From: Campylobacterales bacterium
GTDB lineage: Bacteria > Campylobacterota > Campylobacteria > Campylobacterales > UBA6016
NCBI GenBank assembly: GCA_031960985.1
Contig: JAVRLX010000004.1
Location: forward strand, 1-51,248
Direction: 5' to 3'
Length of the DNA stretch: 51,248 nt
Shown: positions 21,465-30,851 of the stretch, one piece after another
How positions within the stretch are numbered: position 1 is the stretch's first letter
How the letters are laid out: every line of letters starts with the position of its first letter
Program-made: the position numbers and the translations under genes
The notes under the pieces: generated by a model
Told to the model about the DNA's origin: nothing
Seen by the model: only the letters and a program-made list of their open reading frames with translations
Database searches by the model: none

Positions 21465-21473
21465 GATAGCGGC

Positions 21474-22118
21474 ATGAAAATAATGTTGGTAGAAGACGAA
21501 TACTCTATAGCGCAGGCCATAAAGAGGTATTTGGAGGATTGTGGTTCTGTTGTTGACGCTTTTTTTGACGGTTTGGAGGCCATATCCGAACTCGATAGAG
21601 GCGCATTTTATGACGCGTATATTATAGATATTAATCTGCCTGGCGCTAGTGGGCTTGAACTGCTTGCAAAAATCAAAAAAAGCGCCGATGAGTTACCTGT
21701 AATTATTATTAGCGCTGATAACGATATAGAGACTATCGATAAAGCCTATAAACTAGGCGCCGAAGACTATCTAAAAAAACCGTTTCATATAAAAGAGCTA
21801 GCTATAAAGTTGGAGAAAATATCCAAAAACTCAAATGTTAAAATAGAATTTGGAGATACCCTTGTCTTTGATAGAGTGGCTAGAAAACTTTATAAAGATG
21901 GCAAAGAGCTCGAATTAACAAAAAAAGAGCTTTTGTTTTTGGAGCTTTTGTTGCAAAATAGAGGCAAGATAGTTACCAACGACTATATCCAAAATGTTGT
22001 GTACGAGTATAATTACATGAGTGATTTGGCGCTTAGGACGCTTGTAAAAAGAGTGAGGCTAAAAGTGGGAAAAGAGCTAATCCAGAATGTGTCTGGGCTG
22101 GGGTACAAAATGGAGTAG
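21474..22118 (+). CDS. OmpR-family response regulator
   Basis: 214 aa with a receiver domain (MLVEDE...IIDINLPG...KPF) and a C-terminal winged-helix domain (LTKKELLFLELLL...GLGYK). Confidence 0.9.
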   Translation: MKIMLVEDEYSIAQAIKRYLEDCGSVVDAFFDGLEAISELDRGAFYDAYIIDINLPGASGLELLAKIKKSADELPVIIISADNDIETIDKAYKLGAEDYLKKPFHIKELAIKLEKISKNSNVKIEFGDTLVFDRVARKLYKDGKELELTKKELLFLELLLQNRGKIVTNDYIQNVVYEYNYMSDLALRTLVKRVRLKVGKELIQNVSGLGYKME

Positions 22119-22136
22119 GGTGGCGTTGTCCCACCC
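22118..22136. terminator. bidirectional hairpin between the convergent response regulator and SOR genes
   Basis: GGGTGG-cgttgt(c)-CCACCC sits in the 26-nt gap between the two stop codons. Confidence 0.55.
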
Positions 22137-22144
22137 TGTTATGC

Positions 22145-22531
22145 TTATTCTGTGACTGATACTTCTACCGGGTCACTTTCCCATAGACCATGTTTTGTGC
22201 AATAGCTCATTGCAGTTAGTTTCATTTTTGATTTTTGTGGAATTATTGTAAATGTTACTTCCGCATTAGCGGGAGCCGAGCCTTGTGCGCCAGGAGTATA
22301 TGTCGCTTGAGCAAGCAATGTTTCACCGTCAAAAAGTTGAATATATGCTATATAGTGGTCAAAATCATCTGGGTGTTTATATTCATTGCCCATTTGTACT
22401 CTAACCGCAAATTTTTCCCCTTTTTTTGCTTTGCTTGCACAGTGTACAAAAGGTGAGTGTCTATCGATATAATCCCTTTTTGCCTCTTTGTCAATTTGAC
22501 TGATATCTACATATCTATTTACCGTTGCCAT
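22145..22531 (-). CDS. superoxide reductase, 1Fe neelaredoxin type (desulfoferrodoxin family)
   Basis: 128 aa with DRHSPFVH, HPDDFDHYIAYIQL and SYCTKHGLWES. These match the His4-Cys iron site pattern of 1Fe-SORs (compare KHVPVIE, HHIRYIEL and SYCNIHGLWE of the archaeal enzyme, from memory). Confidence 0.85.
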   Translation of the reverse strand: MATVNRYVDISQIDKEAKRDYIDRHSPFVHCASKAKKGEKFAVRVQMGNEYKHPDDFDHYIAYIQLFDGETLLAQATYTPGAQGSAPANAEVTFTIIPQKSKMKLTAMSYCTKHGLWESDPVEVSVTE

Positions 22532-22588
22532 TGTTGTTCCTCCTAAGTTGTTTTTAGTTGCTATCCACGCAAATCCAATTCTAACCCA

Positions 22589-22611
22589 AATAAGATAAAA
22601 ATAATCTTATT
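22589..22611. repeat. perfect 8-bp inverted repeat AATAAGAT-N7-ATCTTATT between truD and the SOR gene
   Basis: Read directly. On the minus strand it lies 5 nt after the truD stop and ends 5 nt upstream of a TAGAAT -10-like hexamer, 58-80 nt upstream of the SOR ATG. Confidence 0.6.
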
Positions 22612-22615
22612 TATT

Positions 22616-23749
22616 TTAAACAAAAAAATCCTCGGCTTCATTGGCTCTTAACTTTGCGCCGACAAGTTCCTCTAATAAAACAGTTGCGTATGAGCCTTTT
22701 GGGAGGCTAAATTTTATTTTTGCGTGAGCCTCTTCTTCGTCGTACTCTATTTCGCAACCATCCGGAAATATCCAAGCATATCTTCTATCTCCAAGAGCTT
22801 TTATCTTTTCATCAACAAAGTTTTTTTCTATCTCAAAGGCGCTTTTTGCTGCCGTTTTATTCTTCTCTCCGCACAAAAGCCCAGTTGGTGAGGTCTGCTT
22901 TAGGGCAAATCTTTTAGCCTCATCAGCAGGGTTTTCGGCAAAAAAAAGCCTTCCGTGCGGATAGTGACACATCATTTCACCCTCAATTATCTTAAAAAAC
23001 TGTTTTTGTTTTTTTAGTTCAGCCCCTATTTTTGGATCTATCGCAACATTTTTTGAGGCAAAATGTATCTTCAAAGCATCCTCAAGCTCTTTTTTATCAA
23101 AACTCTCAACAAGTCTAGAGAGTTTTATCCGAAAACTAAGCCAATCGTTAAAAAGATAACTCTGATAGGCGCTTATAAAAAACCTTTTTAAATTTTGATT
23201 GCGCTCCTTTTTGACGCCATGCACTATATCCCGTCCAAGCTCATAGTTTTTGCCATCTCTTCCAAATCGTTGATATCCAAAATAATTTGGCATCCCCTCA
23301 TTTGATATTTTTGTTAGAGCATTTTTTAGTTTTATAAAGTCTGATGGCATTATCTTTTTGAGTCTGATAAAAAACTTGTTTCCAGCTAAATGTCCTAATT
23401 TTATTTTATTTTTGTGGCGAACTATGTTTAAAATTTTTATGTTTGGATGAGTCAAATCTTTAATGACGGATTCAAAATTTTTTGGCAAAGATATATGTTG
23501 CACAGTCATCCCATCCTTGTCTTTTAGCCCAGCATAACCTATCTCTTTTTGTTTGATGCCCAAAGCCGAAGAGATAAAGCTTAGCATCTCCCAAGTTGTC
23601 ATATCTTTTTTTCGGATAGTAATTGCGATATGCTCCCCATTGCCACTAAATTCATAAAGAGGTATCTCTTCAACGGTAAAATCTTTTGAGTTTTTTGTAA
23701 ATACGAAGTTTATACTTGAATGTGTCAAAAATCTCGAGTTTTCCATCAC
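22616..23749 (-). CDS. truD: tRNA pseudouridine(13) synthase TruD
   Basis: 377 aa with GLKDKDG (catalytic Asp region) and MPNYFGYQRFG, characteristic of TruD. Confidence 0.9.
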   Translation of the reverse strand: MMENSRFLTHSSINFVFTKNSKDFTVEEIPLYEFSGNGEHIAITIRKKDMTTWEMLSFISSALGIKQKEIGYAGLKDKDGMTVQHISLPKNFESVIKDLTHPNIKILNIVRHKNKIKLGHLAGNKFFIRLKKIMPSDFIKLKNALTKISNEGMPNYFGYQRFGRDGKNYELGRDIVHGVKKERNQNLKRFFISAYQSYLFNDWLSFRIKLSRLVESFDKKELEDALKIHFASKNVAIDPKIGAELKKQKQFFKIIEGEMMCHYPHGRLFFAENPADEAKRFALKQTSPTGLLCGEKNKTAAKSAFEIEKNFVDEKIKALGDRRYAWIFPDGCEIEYDEEEAHAKIKFSLPKGSYATVLLEELVGAKLRANEAEDFFV

Positions 23750-23798
23750 TACTCTTTTGTGTTAAAATCACCTAATTGTAACATCAAAAGGTTTTGCT

Positions 23799-24407
23799 AT
23801 GAATCTAAAAGAATGCTATTTGTTTGATGGCTTTAGTGAAAAAGAGCTCGCTGAGCTATCTCAAATTTCATTTGAAAAAAGTTTTTTAGATGGAGAGACT
23901 ATTTTTACAGAAGGTGAAAGCTCAACATATCTTCATATTTTGCTTGAAGGTAGTGTGGATGTAGTAAAAGCTAATGCAAAATTTGGGGAGTTTTTCTTGC
24001 ATTCAATACGGGCTCAATCTTTAATTGCAGAGCTTGCAACCTTTGAGGGGGTCGCATTTCCAGCAAGCGCCAGAGCGGTTAGTAATGTTCGGATATTAAA
24101 GATAGACTTTGATGCCTTTAAAGAGAAAATGCTATCTAGTCCCGAGGTGTCTTATAAGTTTATTAAGTCACTTTTGCAAAAAATAAAAATACTTGAGGGG
24201 TTTATACAAAAAGAGCTAAATCTTGGAGCTAGCGAAAAAATAATAGCTTTGCTTAGCGAAAATCCAACTATTTTTGAATTAAAAAAACAGATTGAAATTG
24301 CAAAAATGCTTAATTTGGCGCCAGAAACCCTCTCTAGAACAATAAAAAAATTAAAAGAGGATGGGATTTTGTGTGGCGAGGGAAAAAGTATTAAGCTAAA
24401 GTGTTAA
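23799..24407 (+). CDS. Crp/Fnr-family transcriptional regulator
   Basis: 202 aa with an N-terminal cNMP-binding-like beta-roll and a C-terminal HTH (IAKMLNLAPETLSRTIKKLKEDGIL). Confidence 0.8.
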   Translation: MNLKECYLFDGFSEKELAELSQISFEKSFLDGETIFTEGESSTYLHILLEGSVDVVKANAKFGEFFLHSIRAQSLIAELATFEGVAFPASARAVSNVRILKIDFDAFKEKMLSSPEVSYKFIKSLLQKIKILEGFIQKELNLGASEKIIALLSENPTIFELKKQIEIAKMLNLAPETLSRTIKKLKEDGILCGEGKSIKLKC

Positions 24408-25062
24408 AAAGTATCGAACCAATCCTTAGCATATTAGAGCCACATGCAATGGCTAGTTCAAAATCAGAGCTCATTCCCATGGAGCATATTTTTGCCCCAT
24501 CTTTTTCAAGCTCGTCAAATATTTTTCTACATATTGTAAAGCTAGTTTGTATCTCATTTATATCTTCGGAATGCGCCCCTATAGTCATAACACCTTTTAG
24601 ATTGATATTTGATAAATTTTCTTTTATTTTGCGGTATTCATCTGTCGCAATTTCTGGCAAAACGCCAGCTTTTGTATCCTCTTTGGCGCTATTTATCTGC
24701 AAAAGCGCATTAATTTTCATATTTTTGACTTTTGCTCTTTTGTCTATCTGGGCAGCTGTTTCGTATGAATCTATAGAGTGCACAAGGAATGGATTTGCTT
24801 TTAAAAGCATATTTATCTTATTGGTTTGAATACGACCTATGAAGTGCCACTCTATTGGTAATTCCTCTAATATGGCCGCTTTTGCCGTCATATCTTGTAT
24901 TTTATTTTCCCCAAAAGCTCTTTGCCCTTCATCGTAGAGCTTTTTTATTGCGTTAGCGTCTGCATATTTGCTAGCGGCTACAAGTTTGATTATGGATTTG
25001 TTGTTATAGGCAAGCCTAGCCTTTTCTATTTTCTCTATTATAGCTTCAAGATTTGTCATCAA
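24391..25062 (-). CDS. yggS: YggS-family pyridoxal-phosphate homeostasis protein
   Basis: 223 aa alanine-racemase-N fold with KLVAASKY (PLP lysine), WHFIGRIQTNK and SMGMSSDFELAI. Confidence 0.85.
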   Translation of the reverse strand: MMTNLEAIIEKIEKARLAYNNKSIIKLVAASKYADANAIKKLYDEGQRAFGENKIQDMTAKAAILEELPIEWHFIGRIQTNKINMLLKANPFLVHSIDSYETAAQIDKRAKVKNMKINALLQINSAKEDTKAGVLPEIATDEYRKIKENLSNINLKGVMTIGAHSEDINEIQTSFTICRKIFDELEKDGAKICSMGMSSDFELAIACGSNMLRIGSILFNTLA

Positions 25063-26120
25063 AAGCCTCCGGTAAGCCTGTTTAAATCATTATATAGACC
25101 AAGAAGCATAAGCCACAAAAGGGCCGCCCATCCAGCCATTGTTAACTTGGTAAATACCGCCTCACTAGGGGCTCTTTTGAAAATCATTTCATATAGGTTA
25201 AATAGAATATGCCCGCCATCTAGAGCTGGAATAGGGAGCAAATTTATAATCCCCAAATTTACAGAGATAAGCGCCGTGAGCAAAAGCAGTGTAACAAAGC
25301 CGCTATGGGTTGCATCGTTGGTAGCTTGCACTATCGATATTACGCCGCCTATATTATCTAGTCCCAAAACCCCAGTTATTAGCTTTTCTATCCCCATGGC
25401 TATAAATTTTGCAGATTCATATGTTTTGTTTATTGCAAACCCTGCCGCTTCTACCGCATTGTAATATACCTTGACGCTTTCGCCAGATGGGGCTATCCCT
25501 ATCATATATCGCTTTGTATTTTCGCCGAATATATTTTTTGTCTCTACGATAAGAGGTTTTATCTGTAGCGCTTTTTTTTCGCCGCCCCTGTCTATTAGAA
25601 TATTTATCTGTTGTCCACCGCTAGATTGTATTTTTTCGCTTATTTCGTGCCAATACTTTATCTCTTCGTTGTTTATGGAGAGTATTTTATCGCCGGTTTT
25701 GATGTCTGCCGCCGCGGCCGCAGAGTTTGGAGATATTTGTCCTATTTTTGCGGTTAGAGTGTCTATTCCGCCAAGCGCTAGTCCAAAATAGATGATAGTT
25801 GCAAGTATAAGATTAAAAAAAGGTCCGGCAAATAAAATTATTATTCTTTGAAGTGGGGTTTTGGAGCTATAAGAATCGTCATCTTTGCTCTTTTCACTTG
25901 GATCGGCATCATTTTGCCCTTTCATTTTTACATATCCGCCGAGCGGTATGAGAGAGATGGCATACTCTGTCCCTTTTCTTACGACTGAAAACAGCTTTTT
26001 GCCAAATCCTATACTAAAAACTTCGACCTTTACGCCAAAAGCCCTTGCGGCTATATAATGTCCTAGTTCGTGAAAAAAAATCAAAAACGATAAAACAAGA
26101 AGTGATACAAAAAATCCCAA
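25059..26120 (-). CDS. rseP: RIP zinc metalloprotease RseP (site-2 protease)
   Basis: 353 aa with HELGHY in TM1, one PDZ domain and the C-terminal LPIPALDGG motif. Confidence 0.9.
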   Translation of the reverse strand: MGFFVSLLVLSFLIFFHELGHYIAARAFGVKVEVFSIGFGKKLFSVVRKGTEYAISLIPLGGYVKMKGQNDADPSEKSKDDDSYSSKTPLQRIIILFAGPFFNLILATIIYFGLALGGIDTLTAKIGQISPNSAAAAADIKTGDKILSINNEEIKYWHEISEKIQSSGGQQINILIDRGGEKKALQIKPLIVETKNIFGENTKRYMIGIAPSGESVKVYYNAVEAAGFAINKTYESAKFIAMGIEKLITGVLGLDNIGGVISIVQATNDATHSGFVTLLLLTALISVNLGIINLLPIPALDGGHILFNLYEMIFKRAPSEAVFTKLTMAGWAALLWLMLLGLYNDLNRLTGGF

Positions 26121-26131
26121 AATAAACTCCG

Positions 26132-26662
26132 TTATAGTTTAACATATCCCTTGACATATTCATATCCGGAATATAGCGTGATAAGAACCGCAGCCCAAAG
26201 AAGCGCGCTGGATAATGGCCAATGCATAATCATAAAGCCTATTGCGATTAACTGCATTGTTGTTTTTATTTTACCGCTCAGGCTTGCGGCTATATCCTTG
26301 CCCTCAGCCACGGCTACGACTCTAAGGCCAGTAATAAAAAACTCTCTTGTAAGAATCAAAAATATAGCCCACGGGTTTGCTACCCCTTGAAGCATAAGAC
26401 CCAAAAATGCCGCTAGTGTGAGCATTTTATCGGCCAAAGGATCAAGTATTGAGCCTAGTTTTGTACTCTCATTCCAACTTCTGGCAATATGCCCGTCAAA
26501 AAAGTCTGTAAGCCCAGCAAGTACAAATAAAAAGCCTGCAAAAAAATCCATCCAAGTTGGATGAATACCTAAGGCTGGATTGTCCCTATTTAGAAGTATC
26601 CAAAAAATAATCGGCGATATTAAAATCCTAATGGTGGCCAAAGTATTTGGGGTATTCATCAT
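26132..26662 (-). CDS. pgsA: CDP-diacylglycerol--glycerol-3-phosphate 3-phosphatidyltransferase
   Basis: 176 aa with the CDP-alcohol phosphatidyltransferase motif DFFDGHIARSWNESTKLGSILDPLADK. Confidence 0.9.
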   Translation of the reverse strand: MMNTPNTLATIRILISPIIFWILLNRDNPALGIHPTWMDFFAGFLFVLAGLTDFFDGHIARSWNESTKLGSILDPLADKMLTLAAFLGLMLQGVANPWAIFLILTREFFITGLRVVAVAEGKDIAASLSGKIKTTMQLIAIGFMIMHWPLSSALLWAAVLITLYSGYEYVKGYVKL

Positions 26663-27426
26663 GTAAAAGAGCTACCGCCGTCTGCTATTATTGTCTGTCC
26701 AGTAATCCAATAAGAGTCATCTTTGCATAAAAATAGAGCTATGGGCGCTAAATCTTCTGGCTTACCCATTCTACCAAGTGGCGTTCTTTTAATAACCTCA
26801 GCTTTTAACTCTTCAAAATTTGGAAAAGCCCTTAGTGCATCGGTCTCAATTGGTCCGCCTGAAAGCGCATTTACTCTAATATTTTTAGGCGCAAGCTCAA
26901 CTGCGGCGTATTTTACCATTGTCTCAATTGCAGCTTTTGAATTGCCATGTCCAGCGTAGTTTTCGGTATGCACGAGATTTCCAGTTGAGCTTAGAGCCAC
27001 TATTGCGCCGCCACCCACTTTTTCCATCCTTTTTGCCGCTTCTTGCGCGCCGACTACAAAAGCAAGGACAGTTGCTGTGTAAATATTATTTAAACCCTTT
27101 TGCTTTAGTCTCATAAAAGGGGCAAAGCCGCCGACAACGCTTCTTCCTGAGATAATAGCGTTAGATATAAAAAAATCAACTCTCTCAAAATCTTTATCGA
27201 TCTCTTCAAATACCTCTTTATAGGTATCGGGCTCTAAGATATCAAGCTTGTATGAGTGAATTTTTATACCGTACTTAGCGCTTAATTCTTCACATATTTT
27301 TTTTGCTTCCTCTTCATTTGAGTTGTAGGTAAAAGCAATATTTACACCCTCTGCGGCAAATCTATCGACTATTGCCCTACCTATCCCCCTTGTTCCGCCG
27401 CTAATAACAAGTGTTTTTCCCTTCAT
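26659..27426 (-). CDS. SDR-family oxidoreductase, FabL-like (possible enoyl-ACP reductase)
   Basis: 255 aa with GGTRGIGRA cofactor loop and Y-x6-K active-site spacing (YAGHGNSKAA; FabL/FabI-type rather than classical SDR YxxxK). SSTGNLVHTENYAGHGNSKAAIE and ALSGGPIETDALRAFPN closely resemble Bacillus FabL as I remember it. Confidence 0.8.
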   Translation of the reverse strand: MKGKTLVISGGTRGIGRAIVDRFAAEGVNIAFTYNSNEEEAKKICEELSAKYGIKIHSYKLDILEPDTYKEVFEEIDKDFERVDFFISNAIISGRSVVGGFAPFMRLKQKGLNNIYTATVLAFVVGAQEAAKRMEKVGGGAIVALSSTGNLVHTENYAGHGNSKAAIETMVKYAAVELAPKNIRVNALSGGPIETDALRAFPNFEELKAEVIKRTPLGRMGKPEDLAPIALFLCKDDSYWITGQTIIADGGSSFT

Positions 27427-27437
27427 TTGTCCCCTTT

Positions 27438-28328
27438 TTACTTTAAAATCTCATATTTACTGAGCACAGCTTCGAGTTTTTTCATTGTCTCTAACGATGG
27501 AGGTGTTAGCGGCAATCTAAACTCCATATTTTCGATAAGTCCCGAGAGGTACATTGCCGCTTTTATTGGTATAGGATTTGTTTCGATAAAAAGTGTGCTA
27601 TTTAGCGGATACAACTCATCGTTTATTTTTTTTGCCATTAGATAATCCCCTCTTGCGGCGGCATCTGTCATCTCTTTTAGTTTGTTTGGAAGTAGGTTTG
27701 CCGTAACAGATACAACACCTTTGCCGCCGTTTGCGAGGATTGGATAATTAATTCCATCATCTCCACTAAATACCGCAATATTTGGCACGCTAACGCCTAT
27801 CTCCACACATCTCTCCATTGAGCCGCTAGCCTCTTTTATTGCGTATACATTTTTGCAATCATCTACAATTCTTTTAATTGTTTGAGGCTTTAAATCAACC
27901 GCACACCTTCCTGGTACGTTATATAGCATTACTGGAGTATCCACCGAATTTGCTATTGCTTTGTAGTGAAGATATAACCCCTCTTGCGTTGGCTTGTTGT
28001 AGTATGGAGTAATTACAAGTATCGCATCGGCGCCAGCTTTTTGGGCAAATTTGGCTAAATCTATTGCTTCGGCGGTTGAATTTGAACCAGCCCCTGCCAA
28101 AACTTTTGCGTTTGTCCCTTTGGCGCACTCTATTGCTATCTCTATACACCTTTTGTGCTCATCATGCGTAACTGTTGGGCTCTCTCCAGTTGTTCCCATT
28201 GGCGAGATAATATCGATACCAAGCCTTATTTGCCTCTCGATTAGCTTGGCATAAGAAGCTTCATCTAATTTGCCGTTTTTAAAAGGGGTTATTAGCGCAG
28301 TAGCGCTCCCTATCAGAAAACTCATCAT
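27438..28328 (-). CDS. dapA: 4-hydroxy-tetrahydrodipicolinate synthase
   Basis: 296 aa with GTTGESPT, YNVPGR and the Schiff-base lysine context AIKEASG. Confidence 0.95.
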   Translation of the reverse strand: MMSFLIGSATALITPFKNGKLDEASYAKLIERQIRLGIDIISPMGTTGESPTVTHDEHKRCIEIAIECAKGTNAKVLAGAGSNSTAEAIDLAKFAQKAGADAILVITPYYNKPTQEGLYLHYKAIANSVDTPVMLYNVPGRCAVDLKPQTIKRIVDDCKNVYAIKEASGSMERCVEIGVSVPNIAVFSGDDGINYPILANGGKGVVSVTANLLPNKLKEMTDAAARGDYLMAKKINDELYPLNSTLFIETNPIPIKAAMYLSGLIENMEFRLPLTPPSLETMKKLEAVLSKYEILK

Positions 28329-29626
28329 TTATCCTTTTTTCTCAAAATTATGGTTGTTTTTGTATCATCTGTAAAATATTTGTTTGCAACGCTGATAATA
28401 TCCTCTGCGCTTAGCTTGGATAGTTTCTCTTCGTACTCAAGTAGGGGTTTTATATTGCCCCTTGCCAAATAACTTCCAAATAGGTCAGCTACATGGCTTG
28501 AGCTCTCAAGATTAAATATAAAATCGGCTTTTGTATTTATTTTGACCTTTTCAAGCTCTTTTTTATCAATACCTTCTGTTTTTAATTTCTCTATCTCTTT
28601 TAGTATCTCTTTTTCTACCGTTTCAGCCTTAACTCCTTCGTTACAAACGGCCATAAAAATAAAAAGTCCTGGATCTTTTAAATCCATCACATACCCATAT
28701 ATTGAATTAACTAACCTCTTTTTATCTAAAAGCTCTTTTTGGAGCCTTGAGCTTTTGCCGCTTGAGAGTATCTCAGAGAGCGCAGAGAGGGCAACTATAT
28801 CTTCGTGCTCAAAATTTGGTATTTTATAGGCAATAGCAAGCATATCTACATTGCTATCTTTGTAGATTAAAGCCCTTTTTTCGCCATCTTGTTTTGGCTC
28901 TTGCATATGAACCGCAGGGATTTTCCCATTATTTTTTATCTCTCCAAAGTGCGTTTGAGCCTTTTTAAATACCTCCTCTGGCTCAATATCGCCGGCAACT
29001 ATTAAAATAGCGTTTGATGGTTGATAAAATGTTTTATGAAAAGCGCGAATATCATCTATTTTCCAAGAGAGTATATCGTCCATAAAGCCTATCGGAGTCC
29101 AATGGTATGGATGATATGTAAAGCTAAGATTAAACAAATTAAAATACAAATACCCCATTGGGTTATTATCTGTTCTCCATCTCCTCTCTTCGGCTACGAC
29201 ATCCCTCTCTGGCTGAAATTCCTCATCTTTTAGGCTAAGGTTTTGCATAAGTTCCGCAAAAAGCTCCATTGATTTGTCAATATTTTGGCTTGAGCAGTTG
29301 ATAAAGTAGTGCGTATAGTCAAAACCGGTGCTTGCATTATTAACACCCCCAAAACTTTTAATTATCTCATCAAACTCTCCGGCTTTAAGATTTTTTGTCG
29401 ATTTAAAGTTGAGGTGCTCTAACATATGTGCTATGCCGCTTTTGCCCATTACTTCATTTCGTGAGCCAACTTTATAAAATACATCTACAGTAACTACCGA
29501 GTTTGGCTTGAGCTTTATGGCGACTACCTCTAAGCCATTTGAGAGTGTTTTTGATTCATATTTTGGTAAAGCGCTAGCCATTAAAACTCCAGTTAAAAAA
29601 AATATTGCAAATATTATTCGTCTCAT
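28325..29626 (-). CDS. M16-family zinc peptidase (pitrilysin-like), secreted
   Basis: 433 aa with a signal peptide and the inverted zinc motif HMLEH followed by a downstream Glu. Confidence 0.85.
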   Translation of the reverse strand: MRRIIFAIFFLTGVLMASALPKYESKTLSNGLEVVAIKLKPNSVVTVDVFYKVGSRNEVMGKSGIAHMLEHLNFKSTKNLKAGEFDEIIKSFGGVNNASTGFDYTHYFINCSSQNIDKSMELFAELMQNLSLKDEEFQPERDVVAEERRWRTDNNPMGYLYFNLFNLSFTYHPYHWTPIGFMDDILSWKIDDIRAFHKTFYQPSNAILIVAGDIEPEEVFKKAQTHFGEIKNNGKIPAVHMQEPKQDGEKRALIYKDSNVDMLAIAYKIPNFEHEDIVALSALSEILSSGKSSRLQKELLDKKRLVNSIYGYVMDLKDPGLFIFMAVCNEGVKAETVEKEILKEIEKLKTEGIDKKELEKVKINTKADFIFNLESSSHVADLFGSYLARGNIKPLLEYEEKLSKLSAEDIISVANKYFTDDTKTTIILRKKDK

Positions 29627-30690
29627 CTTTTAGGTTTTCGCTCACACCCTATCGCTTCGCTAATGTGGGTAAATCCATCAAAGTTCATAAGCTCCATAAT
29701 CCCTTCATTTATCTGCTTTGCAAGTGATGGACCTTTGTAGATAAATCCAGTGTAAACTTGCACGAGACTTGCCCCTGCTTTTATCCTTATGTATGCCTCC
29801 TCAGCGCTATCTATACCGCCAACGCTAATAAGAGTGGTTTGTCCATAAAGCTCTGCGGCGATGTAATCAAACAGCTCAAAACTTTTTTCACATAGCGCCT
29901 TACCGCTAATCCCCCCGAAATTTTTGGCATTTTGAACTAAAGAATAATCTGTTGTCGTATTGGTAGCTATAATCCCTTTTGCCCCAGCCTCTACGGCTTT
30001 TATACAAAGATTAAGAGCCTCTTTTTTTTCCAAATCTGGCGATATTTTAAGGAGTATTGGCTTCTCCGTCAGCTCTTTTGACATAGTAAAAAGTTCATTT
30101 ATAAACTCTTCGTTTTGAAGGCTTCTAAGCCCTTTGGTGTTTGGCGAAGAGATGTTTATAACCATATAGTCTGCAAACTCATGTAAAGTTTCTATCAAAC
30201 TTTTATAGTCATTTATCGCCATTTTGTCGGCTGTTAGTTTGTTTTTGCCTATGTTGACACCTATTGGAAGGACAAATGGATATACCCTTTTTATCCTCTC
30301 TCTAATTTTAATCATACCATCGTTGTTAAAACCAAACGCATTTTGAAGGCTTTCTTCTTCAATGTGTCTAAAAAGTCTCGGTTTTGCATTTCCATCTTGA
30401 GGTTTTGGGGTTATTGTGCCAACCTCTGTGTAGCCAAATCCAAACATAGCTATTTGGCGTATCATTGTCGCATTTTTGTCAAACCCTGCGGCAAGACCGA
30501 CTGGATTTAAAAATTTTTTACCAAAAATAACCTGCGTAAGTCTATCATCAACAACAAAATTTTTATCGATAAAATAGTTTTGGCACGGTGTGCATAGCCG
30601 CAAGAGCCTAATTAGCCCCTCTGCAAGGTTGTGAGCAGTTTCGGGGTCTAGGCGAAACAAATACTCTTTGAGCGTTTGGTATGTCAACAT
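29623..30690 (-). CDS. pyrD: dihydroorotate dehydrogenase (quinone), class 2
   Basis: 355 aa with GLAAGFDKN, NISSPNT and GGISG, plus the N-terminal extension typical of membrane-associated class 2 enzymes. Confidence 0.95.
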   Translation of the reverse strand: MLTYQTLKEYLFRLDPETAHNLAEGLIRLLRLCTPCQNYFIDKNFVVDDRLTQVIFGKKFLNPVGLAAGFDKNATMIRQIAMFGFGYTEVGTITPKPQDGNAKPRLFRHIEEESLQNAFGFNNDGMIKIRERIKRVYPFVLPIGVNIGKNKLTADKMAINDYKSLIETLHEFADYMVINISSPNTKGLRSLQNEEFINELFTMSKELTEKPILLKISPDLEKKEALNLCIKAVEAGAKGIIATNTTTDYSLVQNAKNFGGISGKALCEKSFELFDYIAAELYGQTTLISVGGIDSAEEAYIRIKAGASLVQVYTGFIYKGPSLAKQINEGIMELMNFDGFTHISEAIGCERKPKR

Positions 30691-30851
30691 ATTTTCTATG
30701 TCCTGTTCAGTAGCTTAAGTTGCAAGGATTATACATAATGAAATCTAAAAAGCGGGGAGCAAAAGGGAACGGTTTTTGCCTGTAAAAAAGATAAAATTAA
30801 ATAAAAGTTTGGCAAAATCGTCCAAACCCTTCACTATTTCAAAGGAAACGA

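Noticed and set aside
23758-23771. A CRP-like TGTG-N6-TCAC motif in the truD/crp divergent region.
   Set aside because: The spacing is one nucleotide short of the TGTGA-N6-TCACA consensus and only the 4-nt cores match, which is too weak to call.
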